A DNA stretch of 64,000 nucleotides from Candidatus Omnitrophota bacterium (GTDB taxonomy: Bacteria > Omnitrophota > Gorgyraeia > Pluralincolimonadales > Pluralincolimonadaceae): NCBI GenBank assembly GCA_028716565.1, contig JAQUPL010000003.1, positions 66,029 to 130,028 of the forward strand, given 5' to 3'. The position numbers were made by a program, and so were the translations under genes. Of this stretch, positions 19,928-27,959 are shown piece after piece. Under the pieces are notes generated by a model. That model ran no database searches. It saw only the letters and a program-made list of their open reading frames with translations, and was not told the origin of the DNA. Positions within the stretch are counted from its first letter, which is position 1. Every line of letters begins with the position of its first letter.

Positions 19928-20483
19928 AGTAGTCTGGCACGGAAGAGGCGGGCAGGGCGCCGTTACCGCGGCAAAGCTGCTGGGTGAAGCGGCCCTCCGC
20001 GAGGGGAAGAATCTCCAGGCGTTCCCGGAGTTCGGCGCTGAACGTACCGGCGCGCCTGTAAGGAGTTTTACGAGGTTAAGCGATAAGCCCATCACGATCC
20101 ACTGCTCGATAACGGCGGCGGATTGCATCGTGGTGCTCGACCCGACGCTCATAGATGTCGTCGACATCACCGAAGGGATGAAGGACGATACGTCGATAGT
20201 CATCAACACCGTCTTCTCGCCGAAAGAGATACGTTCAAAGCTCGGCATAAAGGGCGGAAAGATATTCACGGTTGACGCGACGTCGATATCGGTCGCGAAG
20301 CTCGGACGGAACATCCCGAACATGCCGATGGTCGGGGCGCTGATCAAGGCGACCGGGGTCATTAAGCTCGAGAACCTGACCGAGACGTTCAAAGAAAGTT
20401 TCGCGGCAAAGTTCACGCCTGAGGTCATCAAGGGCAACCTTGAGGCGATCGAGCAGGCGTATAAAGAGGTAAAGGCGGAATAA
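19911..20483 (+). CDS. porG: 2-oxoacid:ferredoxin oxidoreductase gamma subunit
   Basis: VWHGRGGQGAVTAAKLLGEAA gamma-subunit N-terminus; first gene of a gamma-delta-alpha-beta operon. Confidence 0.8.
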   Translation: MKGITEVVWHGRGGQGAVTAAKLLGEAALREGKNLQAFPEFGAERTGAPVRSFTRLSDKPITIHCSITAADCIVVLDPTLIDVVDITEGMKDDTSIVINTVFSPKEIRSKLGIKGGKIFTVDATSISVAKLGRNIPNMPMVGALIKATGVIKLENLTETFKESFAAKFTPEVIKGNLEAIEQAYKEVKAE

Positions 20484-20484
20484 A

Positions 20485-20793
20485 ATGGCAAAAACGGAAA
20501 AAGTAAAAGCACCCAGTTGGAAAGAAGTGGTCATAGGCGGAATAAATCCGGACGCCGGCAGCGCGATGAAGTACAACAGCGGCACATGGCGCACGTTCAA
20601 GCCGGTCTGGTCGGAGGAAAAATGCATCCAGTGCAGCCTGTGCTGGATAAATTGCCCGGATTCATCGATCATGATAAAGGATGGCAAGGTCTGCGGGATG
20701 GACCTGGTTCATTGCAAGGGCTGCGGGATCTGCGCTGCGATCTGCCCGGTGAAACCGAAGAAAGCCATAGAAATGGTCAAGGAAGAAAAATGA
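20485..20793 (+). CDS. porD: 2-oxoacid:ferredoxin oxidoreductase delta subunit (2x[4Fe-4S] ferredoxin)
   Basis: Two CxxCxxCxxxCP motifs (CIQCSLCWINCP; CKGCGICAAICP). Confidence 0.8.
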   Translation: MAKTEKVKAPSWKEVVIGGINPDAGSAMKYNSGTWRTFKPVWSEEKCIQCSLCWINCPDSSIMIKDGKVCGMDLVHCKGCGICAAICPVKPKKAIEMVKEEK

Positions 20794-21971
20794 GCAAAAA
20801 ACTATTAGCTTTGACAGGTAACGACGCGGCAGCGTACGCTATGAAACAGATAAACCCGGATGTCGTTGCGGCATATCCGATCACGCCGCAAACGTCGCTG
20901 ATGGAGAAGTTCGCGCAGTTCGTGGCCGACGGTGAGTTAGATACCGAAATAGTATTGGTAGAGTCCGAACACTCCGCGATGTCGGCATGCGTCGGCGCAT
21001 CGTGCGCGGGAGCGCGCGTGATGACAGCTACATCATCGCAGGGCCTGGCGCTCATGTGGGAGATAGTCTATATCGCCTCGAGCTACCGCCTGCCGATAGT
21101 GATGCCGTTGGTGAACAGGGCGCTTTCAGGCCCCATTAATATACATTGCGACCATTCTGACGCGATGGGCATCCGCGATTCGGGCTGGATACAGCTCTGG
21201 GCCGAGAACGCGCAGGAAGTCTATGATAACCTCTTGCAGGCGATAAGGATAGCCGAGAATTCCGATATCCTCCTGCCTGTAGCAGTAAATTACGACGGCT
21301 TCATCATCAGCCATGCGATAGAGAACATGTATCTATATGACGACGCAGAGGTCAAGAAATTCGTCGGAGAGTACAAACCGAAATACACGCTGCTCGACCC
21401 GAAGAAGCCGACGACATTCGGAGGTTTCGACCTCCCGGATTATTATTTCGAGCACAGACGCCAGATGGCTGACGCGATGTCAAAATCGGCGAAGGTAATA
21501 GCCGATACGGCTAAGGAATTCTCGAAAATATGCGGCCGCGAGTATAAATTCATCGAGGGATACAAGCTCGAGGACGCGGAAGTCGCTATAGTCGCGCTCG
21601 GGTCGACGGTCGGGACGGCGCGCGCCGTCGTCGACGAACTCCGCGAGAAAGGCGTCAAGGCGGGCCTGTTGAAGATCCGCATGTTCAGGCCGTTCCCGGA
21701 GAACGAAATAGCGGATGCCTTAAAACACCTTAAGGCGATAGCGATCCTGGACCGCGCTGACGCGTTGAACGCGGTCGGCGGGCCTTTATTCGATGAGATA
21801 AGGGCTGCGCTTTACAAGAAGTCGACAATGCCGGTCGTCAATTACGTATACGGCCTCGGCGGGCGCGACATGGGCCTCGTCGAGATAAATAAGGTATATT
21901 CGGACCTGGCTGAGATAGCCAAGACCGGCAAGGCCAAAGACCTTGTGACATACCTGGGGGTAAGGGAATAA
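20790..21971 (+). CDS. porA: 2-oxoacid:ferredoxin oxidoreductase alpha subunit
   Basis: Real start is the ATG at 20790, overlapping the porD stop (ATGA); the 91-aa Arg-rich N-terminal extension of track ORF 20517 is in another gene's frame and lacks an RBS. Confidence 0.8.
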   Translation: MSKKLLALTGNDAAAYAMKQINPDVVAAYPITPQTSLMEKFAQFVADGELDTEIVLVESEHSAMSACVGASCAGARVMTATSSQGLALMWEIVYIASSYRLPIVMPLVNRALSGPINIHCDHSDAMGIRDSGWIQLWAENAQEVYDNLLQAIRIAENSDILLPVAVNYDGFIISHAIENMYLYDDAEVKKFVGEYKPKYTLLDPKKPTTFGGFDLPDYYFEHRRQMADAMSKSAKVIADTAKEFSKICGREYKFIEGYKLEDAEVAIVALGSTVGTARAVVDELREKGVKAGLLKIRMFRPFPENEIADALKHLKAIAILDRADALNAVGGPLFDEIRAALYKKSTMPVVNYVYGLGGRDMGLVEINKVYSDLAEIAKTGKAKDLVTYLGVRE

Positions 21972-22901
21972 ATGGCAAACTTAAAAGAACTTAATAAGAG
22001 AAAAGAGCTACTCTCCGGCGGGCACAGGATGTGTGCGGGCTGCGCATCTCCCATAATCGTAAGGCAGATGGGCCTGTCACAGGAGATGCCGTTAGTTGTG
22101 GGAAGCGCTACGGGCTGCCTCGAAGTCTCGACGACGCCGAATCCTTTTACGGCATGGAACTCGAGCTTTGTGCATTGCGCTTTCGAAAATTCCGCCGCCA
22201 CCGTTTCAGGAGCTGAAGCGGCATACAGGTCGTTAAGGCGCCGCGGCAAGGTAAAGGAAGAGATGAGGTTTGTCGCGCTCGGCGGCGACGGCGGCACGTA
22301 TGATATCGGACTGCAGTCGCTTTCGGGCATGCTTGAGCGCGGCCAAAGGATCTTGTATCTTTGCTACAATAACGAAGCTTATATGAATACAGGCGTCCAA
22401 CGTTCAAGCGCCACGCCTATGGGAACCCAGACGACAACAGCGCCGGTCGGCAAGCAATCCATCGGGAAAAAACAGTTCCCGAAGGACTTGACAGGCATAG
22501 CGGTAGCGCATAGAATACCCTTTGTCGCGACGGCGAGCCCCAGCCACTGGAACGACCTTATAACAAAGTCGCAGAAGGCGCTTTCGGTAGACGGGCCCGC
22601 TTTCATGAACGTCATATCGCCGTGCCCGTTAGGGTGGGCTTATCCGTCGGATAAGACGATAGAGATAGCGAAACTCGCGGTCGATACATGCTTCTGGCCG
22701 CTCTACGAGGTTGAGAACGGCAATGCCTGGAAGCTGAGCTATAAGCCGGCCGCCAAGAAGCCGATCACGGATTACCTCAAAGCGCAGGGCCGTTTCCGCC
22801 ACCTGTTAAGGCCGGAGAACGCTTCTGTGGTCGAGGAGATCCAGAAGAGGATAGACGACGATTGGGCCGCGCTGTTGAAACGCTGCGGCGCTGAGGCATA
22901 A
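21972..22901 (+). CDS. porB: 2-oxoacid:ferredoxin oxidoreductase beta subunit (TPP-binding)
   Basis: Cys motif near the N-terminus (CAGCASP...) and the TPP-binding GDG-x-TYDIG region. Confidence 0.8.
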   Translation: MANLKELNKRKELLSGGHRMCAGCASPIIVRQMGLSQEMPLVVGSATGCLEVSTTPNPFTAWNSSFVHCAFENSAATVSGAEAAYRSLRRRGKVKEEMRFVALGGDGGTYDIGLQSLSGMLERGQRILYLCYNNEAYMNTGVQRSSATPMGTQTTTAPVGKQSIGKKQFPKDLTGIAVAHRIPFVATASPSHWNDLITKSQKALSVDGPAFMNVISPCPLGWAYPSDKTIEIAKLAVDTCFWPLYEVENGNAWKLSYKPAAKKPITDYLKAQGRFRHLLRPENASVVEEIQKRIDDDWAALLKRCGAEA

Positions 22902-22925
22902 TATAGAGCAGCACCGTTCTTTGTG

Positions 22926-22942
22926 AAATATCCGCTCCCCTG
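22926..22942 (+). repeat. direct repeat copy 1 (AAATATCCGCTCCCCTG) = duplicated upstream/5' end of tRNA-Asn
   Basis: Identical 17-mer recurs at 23286-23302, where it forms the tRNA-Asn 5' end; a second shared block TAGCTCAGTTGG sits at 23020-23031. Confidence 0.7.
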
Positions 22943-23044
22943 CCCCGAATGTAGTGTTTCGTGGTAGAATATCTTCGGGGTGCCGAAGCGAGAACATCTA
23001 TGAGCTACTTCATTCGGCATAGCTCAGTTGGGATCATTGGAAAT

Positions 23045-23305
23045 ATGCATTATGTTTACATATTAAAAAGTAACAGCTCTGGAAGATATTATATTGGTGA
23101 AACAAGTAATATCGATAGAAGATTATCAGAGCACAAAGAGAAGAAGAGTAGTTTTGGTAAAAGAAATTGCGATTTAGTTCTTGTCTATAGCAGAGAATTT
23201 CACAACAGGACAGAAGCTCGTAAGTTTGAGAATTTCCTGAAACGGCAAAAGAGCCGGACGTTCATTGAAAGATTAGTTTCAAATAAAATATCCGCTCCCC
23301 TGTAG
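23045..23305 (+). CDS. small GIY-YIG nuclease family protein (COG2827-like)
   Basis: YVYILKSNSSGRYYIGETSNIDRRLSEHKEK...RTEARKFENFLKRQK is a GIY-YIG core; the last 7 codons and the stop are encoded by the tRNA-Asn 5' sequence. Confidence 0.6.
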   Translation: MHYVYILKSNSSGRYYIGETSNIDRRLSEHKEKKSSFGKRNCDLVLVYSREFHNRTEARKFENFLKRQKSRTFIERLVSNKISAPL

Positions 23306-23604
23306 CTCAGTTGGTAGAGCAGTGGACTGTGCAAGGCGCAGCTTCTACAGGAAACTGTAGTTGAAAAAGCAGGAGAATTGTCCGCAGCGTAGTATTAGCT
23401 GACGGAGCGCCGCAGATGTGGCGTCTGGAAGCCCCTCTGGGGTAATCAGCAGCCGAGCCCTTTAGAAATAAAGGGAAGGTTCAGAGACTATGCACCTGCC
23501 TCCTAAACGTAAAGCCGTAGGAGATGATATAGTCCAAGTCCGGTAGCAATACCGGGTCACTTGTAATCCACGTGTCCCTGGTTCGAGTCCAGGCGGGGGA
23601 GCCA
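23296..23604 (+). tRNA. tRNA-Asn(GUU) interrupted by a 233-nt intron-like insertion in the anticodon loop
   Basis: 5' exon 23296-23330 is TCCCCTG-TA-GCTC-AGTTGGTA-GAGC-A-GTGGA-CTGT. 3' exon 23564-23604 is TAA-TCCAC-GTGTC-CCTGG-TTCGAGT-CCAGG-CGGGGGA-G-CCA. The joined exons closely resemble canonical bacterial tRNA-Asn. Confidence 0.6.
23331..23563 (+). ncRNA. putative group I intron within tRNA-Asn
   Basis: Insertion after a U of the anticodon loop and ending in G; possible P1 pairing exon CUGU with intron GCAG (U-G at the splice site); no ORF inside. Confidence 0.5.
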
Positions 23605-23613
23605 GTTTGAAGA

Positions 23614-23649
23614 CCCTCTGCAATTAAACATTGCGGAGGGTTTTTGTTT
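23614..23649 (+). terminator. Rho-independent terminator after tRNA-Asn
   Basis: CCCTCTGCAA-loop-TTGCGGAGGG followed by TTTTTGTTT. Confidence 0.55.
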
Positions 23650-23725
23650 ATTAGGCGCGATTTTAGAGTAGAAATGATATAATAGTAAAAAGTGAAGTCG
23701 TTTTTTGTTTATAGGGAGAGAAGCA

Positions 23726-24271
23726 ATGAATCAGCAGACAAGAAGAATAGATTATGCTTGGGCTAGATTTTGGGCGAGATTCATAGACTACTTTCTTTTC
23801 GTTTTCATATTAATTGGGATATTTTATTTTATTAATGATTCTATCTATGGTTTTCCAAGCACTAAACCAGGATTTAGATTTGCAGAGCTATTCGTATGGG
23901 TTTTTATAGAATCTCTCTTGCTTTCGACGTGGGGCGCTACGCCTGGCAAATGGCTCTTAAATATAACCGTCAGAGATTCAAATGGACAAAAACTTAGATA
24001 TTTAGCTGCATTAAAAAGAAGTTTAAAGGTTTGGATAATTGGGCTTCTAACGGGATTTAGCTTTCCACTCAGTTTTTTAGCAATGTTTTTTAACAATCAA
24101 GCGATTAGCAATAAGGGAGTTACAATTTGGGATCGTGAGGGGCAATTTGTGATCTTGCATAGAAAGTTTAGCCCATTTAAGTTTTTCCTGGTAGCCGTAT
24201 TTATAGTTATAGCCGTTTTAATTTATTTGTTTCTGTTTCTTTGTGACAATTGGTCAATGAGGATTACATAG
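23726..24271 (+). CDS. RDD family membrane protein
   Basis: N-terminal R...AxxxD pattern (RFWARFIDYF) and multiple TM helices; strong RBS AGGGAGAG; AT-rich gene. Confidence 0.5.
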   Translation: MNQQTRRIDYAWARFWARFIDYFLFVFILIGIFYFINDSIYGFPSTKPGFRFAELFVWVFIESLLLSTWGATPGKWLLNITVRDSNGQKLRYLAALKRSLKVWIIGLLTGFSFPLSFLAMFFNNQAISNKGVTIWDREGQFVILHRKFSPFKFFLVAVFIVIAVLIYLFLFLCDNWSMRIT

Positions 24272-24330
24272 CTTCATCAGAGTGTAACCAGTTGCGAAAT
24301 TCGTCCAACACAGGGAGCCATCTTTGAAGA

Positions 24331-24360
24331 AAAACCCATCCATTAAGGATGGGTTTTTTA
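24331..24360 (+). terminator. Rho-independent terminator
   Basis: ACCCATCC-ATTAA-GGATGGGT followed by TTTTTT. Confidence 0.55.
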
Positions 24361-24520
24361 TTGTCGAGCCCCCGCTTTCGCAGAGAAGCTGCAGTTAACC
24401 ATTGAAACTCGGCAATCCAAAGCGTATAATTTAAGCCAGTAAAGTGCCCCCTTTTAGGACGGCACTAAAATGGTATAAAGTTTATGATCGGAAATCAATA
24501 AGGGGCAAGTTTAAACAAAC

Positions 24521-25888
24521 ATGAAAAGCGATTTTAAATCCCAGATCCTGAAAGAAATCGAAGACTGGCAAAAAGAAGGTTTGATTTCGGCTGAACAAGA
24601 AAAAAATTTAACTTCAAGATATAGCCTTCCGGAAATAGCGTCGGAAAAATCCGCTTTGGCGAAGATCATTACTTTTTTGTCTATTTTCGGTTCAATTTTA
24701 GTGGGGATAGGGGTAATTTTATTTTTTGCTTCAAACTGGCGGGGGATTTCCAAGCCGGTAAAATTATTACTGATCTTATCAAGTATTTTTGCAGCTTATT
24801 CAATAGGTTACACCTTAAGCTACATCAGGGAAACTTATTCAAAAACCGGAAAAGCGATTATTTTATTAGGCTCGATCCTTTTCGGGTCCGGGATATACTT
24901 AGTGGCCCAGATCTATCATTTTCCGGCCAATTATCCCGCCGGCGTGTTATTTTGGTCCTTGGGCATATTGCCGCTCGCCTATATCTTAAGATTAAACCCG
25001 ATTTTATTTTTGAGCAGTATTTTATTGATACTGTGGAATATTTTACGTTTAACGGGACTAGATCAACCGAATTATTTTTACCTGATATTTCTTGGTTTAA
25101 TTTTCTATCTTACTTATAAAGCAAAGTCCAGCCGCATAATCTTTACCAACCTCGTGGGTTTTATAATTTGGTTGATGTCTTACCTTTATTTTTGGAATCG
25201 CGGATTTGATACACATGCCAGCGTTGTAGTGCTTCTAAATCTTGGAATTTTATTTTATATTTTAGGCAGAGTCCATGAAACAAATCTTAACCTAGGCAGG
25301 CTTAAATATTCTTATAAGTTCTTAGGGATCGCTCTTATGTTTTTCAATACTTACCTTCTGACGTATGATAATGTTTATGAGGCCCATTACTCGATTCTTG
25401 GCCGTGAGTTCCCTGGAATTATGGTCGTCAATTTTGCCATCGTAAGTTTAACTTTCACGGTCTTAGCGGTATTTTCTTTTAAGAACTGGGGAAAAAATAA
25501 AATCGTCCGTTATGAATCCTGCGCCCTTTTGATCGTTATATTACTAAGCATGACGACTTTAATCTTTCCCGAAGCCTCGATGAGACACAATCATTACAGA
25601 AGCGAGGAATTTTTATTCTATCCTTTTATCTTTAATCTTGTTTTATTATTAGAAATAATCGGGGTGATCGTATTGGGTTATTTGTTTAAAGAAATCAGTT
25701 TAGTAAATTTAGGCATTTTATTTTTTGTTATTCAAATATTAACACTCTATTTTAGCGTTTTTTGGAAATTGATGCCGCGGTCGCTATTCTTTATTTGCGG
25801 AGGTTTAATCCTTTTATTGGGCGGCGGCTATTTAGAAAAGAAACGGAAAGATATCATTATTAAGATTAAATCCGGAGAAGCATCATAA
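24521..25888 (+). CDS. DUF2157/DUF4401-like polytopic membrane protein
   Basis: Soluble N-terminus LKEIEDWQKEGLISAEQ followed by ~12 TM helices; AT-rich; immediately followed by a GDYXXLXY-type gene, the usual partner. Confidence 0.5.
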   Translation: MKSDFKSQILKEIEDWQKEGLISAEQEKNLTSRYSLPEIASEKSALAKIITFLSIFGSILVGIGVILFFASNWRGISKPVKLLLILSSIFAAYSIGYTLSYIRETYSKTGKAIILLGSILFGSGIYLVAQIYHFPANYPAGVLFWSLGILPLAYILRLNPILFLSSILLILWNILRLTGLDQPNYFYLIFLGLIFYLTYKAKSSRIIFTNLVGFIIWLMSYLYFWNRGFDTHASVVVLLNLGILFYILGRVHETNLNLGRLKYSYKFLGIALMFFNTYLLTYDNVYEAHYSILGREFPGIMVVNFAIVSLTFTVLAVFSFKNWGKNKIVRYESCALLIVILLSMTTLIFPEASMRHNHYRSEEFLFYPFIFNLVLLLEIIGVIVLGYLFKEISLVNLGILFFVIQILTLYFSVFWKLMPRSLFFICGGLILLLGGGYLEKKRKDIIIKIKSGEAS

Positions 25889-26638
25889 ATGAGCCAGAAA
25901 CTTAAATTCTATATTGTTGTTGCTATGCAGATCAGTTTTATTCTAGGAATGGTTATTTTCCATCAGTTAACAATAGTATCAGGCCAAAAAATATTTTTAA
26001 AGGCTACCCCTGTAGATCCTCTGGACTTATTTCGCGGATATTATGCGCATATTAATTATGATATCTCCAGGGTTTTAATAAGCCAGATAAATATAGATAG
26101 GGAAGATCTTAGGAACGGGGAATATATTTATGCTATTTTAACTAAAAACCCGGAAGAGAAATTTTACAAAGTTAGCGCTATAAGTCATAAGAAACCTTCG
26201 CTAAAAGCAAGTGAAGTCATTGTGAGGGGCAGGATCCAATATTTTCATAATAAAACCACAAGCAAGATTTGGATGCAAACAGAAGAAGGAAAAGTAAGGG
26301 AACGCGAGGAACCATGGAAGTCATACCTTAGACCCGGTGATGAGGTAGTGATCTTTTTAGCTGAAGACGGACAAATTAGATATGTTTCCCGCAAAGAAAA
26401 AAATTTTGTACCTCCTAAGAACCAGAAAGTCGAATACGGTAAAGTAATAAGAATCGAAGAAAAGAAAGACATGGAGTTAAATATTAAATACGGTATTGAA
26501 AGTTATTTTGCCGAAGAAACAAAAACGTTGGAAATCTCGCGGGCACGAAGAGAAGCAGATCTTTATGCGGAGATTTCCTTGAGTAAAGAAGGCCGCGCCT
26601 TGATCAGTCGCATTTTCTTAAACGGCGAACCCCTCTAA
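25889..26638 (+). CDS. GDYXXLXY-like domain protein
   Basis: N-terminal TM anchor, then PVDPLDLFRGYYAHINY resembling the DP-x-DLFRGDYxxLxY signature; ATGA-coupled to the upstream membrane protein. Confidence 0.45.
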   Translation: MSQKLKFYIVVAMQISFILGMVIFHQLTIVSGQKIFLKATPVDPLDLFRGYYAHINYDISRVLISQINIDREDLRNGEYIYAILTKNPEEKFYKVSAISHKKPSLKASEVIVRGRIQYFHNKTTSKIWMQTEEGKVREREEPWKSYLRPGDEVVIFLAEDGQIRYVSRKEKNFVPPKNQKVEYGKVIRIEEKKDMELNIKYGIESYFAEETKTLEISRARREADLYAEISLSKEGRALISRIFLNGEPL

Positions 26639-26682
26639 ATATTGTGCGTCAATGGTTATCGTCTAAACAGAAAGGACCAGCC

Positions 26683-27255
26683 ATGGCAAAGAAAGTACTA
26701 TTTTTCGTATTATTGGTAATGTTGTTAATGCCGCAATTAGCGAAGGCCGAAGGAGAGAAACCTATCCAGATAGCGGTATTCGACCCTATCCAGCTCGTCC
26801 CGGAGGATGAGTCGATAAAAGGCCTGAGCCTTAGCCTTATCTATGGCGCCAACCAGGATGTCGGCGGCATAAGCCTCGGCCTCATCAACCGCACCAAAGG
26901 GCGCGGTGTCGGCCTGCAGTGGGGCGCCGCGAATATCACGGAAGGCGATTTCAGCGGAGTGCAGTTGGGTTTTGTGAACTGGGATGAAGGATTTATGCAC
27001 GGCCTCCAGTACGGGTTCCTGAACGTTTCGAAAGGCCAGTCCGCAGGAATGGAGCTGGGTATGGTTAATTATAACGAAGGATCGTTCAAGGGCCTCCAGT
27101 TCGGCGGATTTAATTATGCCAAAGAAATGCACGGCCTCCAGTTCGGATTTGTCAATTATACGAAATCCCTCGACGGCCTCCAGATAGGCCTCGCCAACTA
27201 CAACGGCAATAAGAAGCCGATGGAGTTTATGGTCCTTGTCAACTGGTCCTTCTGA
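26683..27255 (+). CDS. secreted protein with ~9 tandem 15-aa G-[LV]-Q-x-G-x-x-N-[YW] repeats
   Basis: Signal peptide MAKKVLFFVLLVMLLMPQLAKA; repeats GLQWGAANITEGDFS / GVQLGFVNWDEGFMH / GLQYGFLNVSKGQSA / GLQFGGFNYAKEMH / GLQFGFVNYTKSLD / GLQIGLANYNGNK. Confidence 0.5.
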   Translation: MAKKVLFFVLLVMLLMPQLAKAEGEKPIQIAVFDPIQLVPEDESIKGLSLSLIYGANQDVGGISLGLINRTKGRGVGLQWGAANITEGDFSGVQLGFVNWDEGFMHGLQYGFLNVSKGQSAGMELGMVNYNEGSFKGLQFGGFNYAKEMHGLQFGFVNYTKSLDGLQIGLANYNGNKKPMEFMVLVNWSF

Positions 27256-27264
27256 CACGCGGTT

Positions 27265-27885
27265 ATGTGGTATATTTATATATTGAAGTGCAGGGGAGGG
27301 ACTTTATACACGGGCATGACCAAAGATCCGGAACGCCGCTTCAAAGAACATCTGAGCGGGAAAAGCCGTTACACCAGCTACAACCGGCCCGTATGTTTAG
27401 TATATAAAGAGGAATATCCGACCAGGTCCGCGGCGGCGAAACGCGAGGTCGAGATCAAGACCTGGCCGCGCAAGAGGAAGCTCGCGCTCATTAATAAGGA
27501 TAAGGATCTCAAGGAGGCAGGGATGAAAAAAATAATGGCAGCGGCCGCGATATTATGCCTCACGGCGAGTTGTTTCGCGGTAACCCCTTCCCAGCAAAAA
27601 ATGGAACGTGAAGCTTTGGTGGGAGATGATCAGTCGGCAGGGCTTTCCGGGGAAGAGGCGCCCCTCGTGACATTGGCCGGTGAAATAGTCTCGATCAAGA
27701 GGTCGCTCAATAAGATCACGGTCAAGGACCAGAATACGAGCACCGAGAAGGAATTTACCGTAAAGTCTGAAGATATCAAGTCGTTCAAGCTCGGAGATAC
27801 TGTCGAGGTCAAATACAGGCCCGGCTCAGGCGTTGCCGAGAGTATTACGGCCGCGAAACCCTTGCAGCCGTTACCGGCGTACTAA
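27265..27885 (+). CDS. GIY-YIG nuclease domain (27265-27522) in frame with a downstream lipoprotein module (27523-27885)
   Basis: YIYILKCRGGTLYTGMTKDPERRFKEHL...RSAAAKREVEIKTWPRK is a GIY-YIG core with no stop codon before MKKIMAAAAILCLTASC (lipobox); the lipoprotein has its own AAGGAGG RBS and ATG at 27523. Confidence 0.45.
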   Translation: MWYIYILKCRGGTLYTGMTKDPERRFKEHLSGKSRYTSYNRPVCLVYKEEYPTRSAAAKREVEIKTWPRKRKLALINKDKDLKEAGMKKIMAAAAILCLTASCFAVTPSQQKMEREALVGDDQSAGLSGEEAPLVTLAGEIVSIKRSLNKITVKDQNTSTEKEFTVKSEDIKSFKLGDTVEVKYRPGSGVAESITAAKPLQPLPAY

Positions 27886-27959
27886 TAAAATATGTTGCGT
27901 TGGGTTTTAATTTAAGGTAAAATTACATCAAAGGTGGTTGTTAATAAAAAGGAGGTAAC

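Noticed and set aside
20517-20789. 91-aa N-terminal extension of the porA ORF given in the track
   Set aside because: The extension overlaps porD in another frame and is Arg-rich; a proper ATG overlapping the porD stop at 20790 begins the recognisable alpha-subunit sequence.
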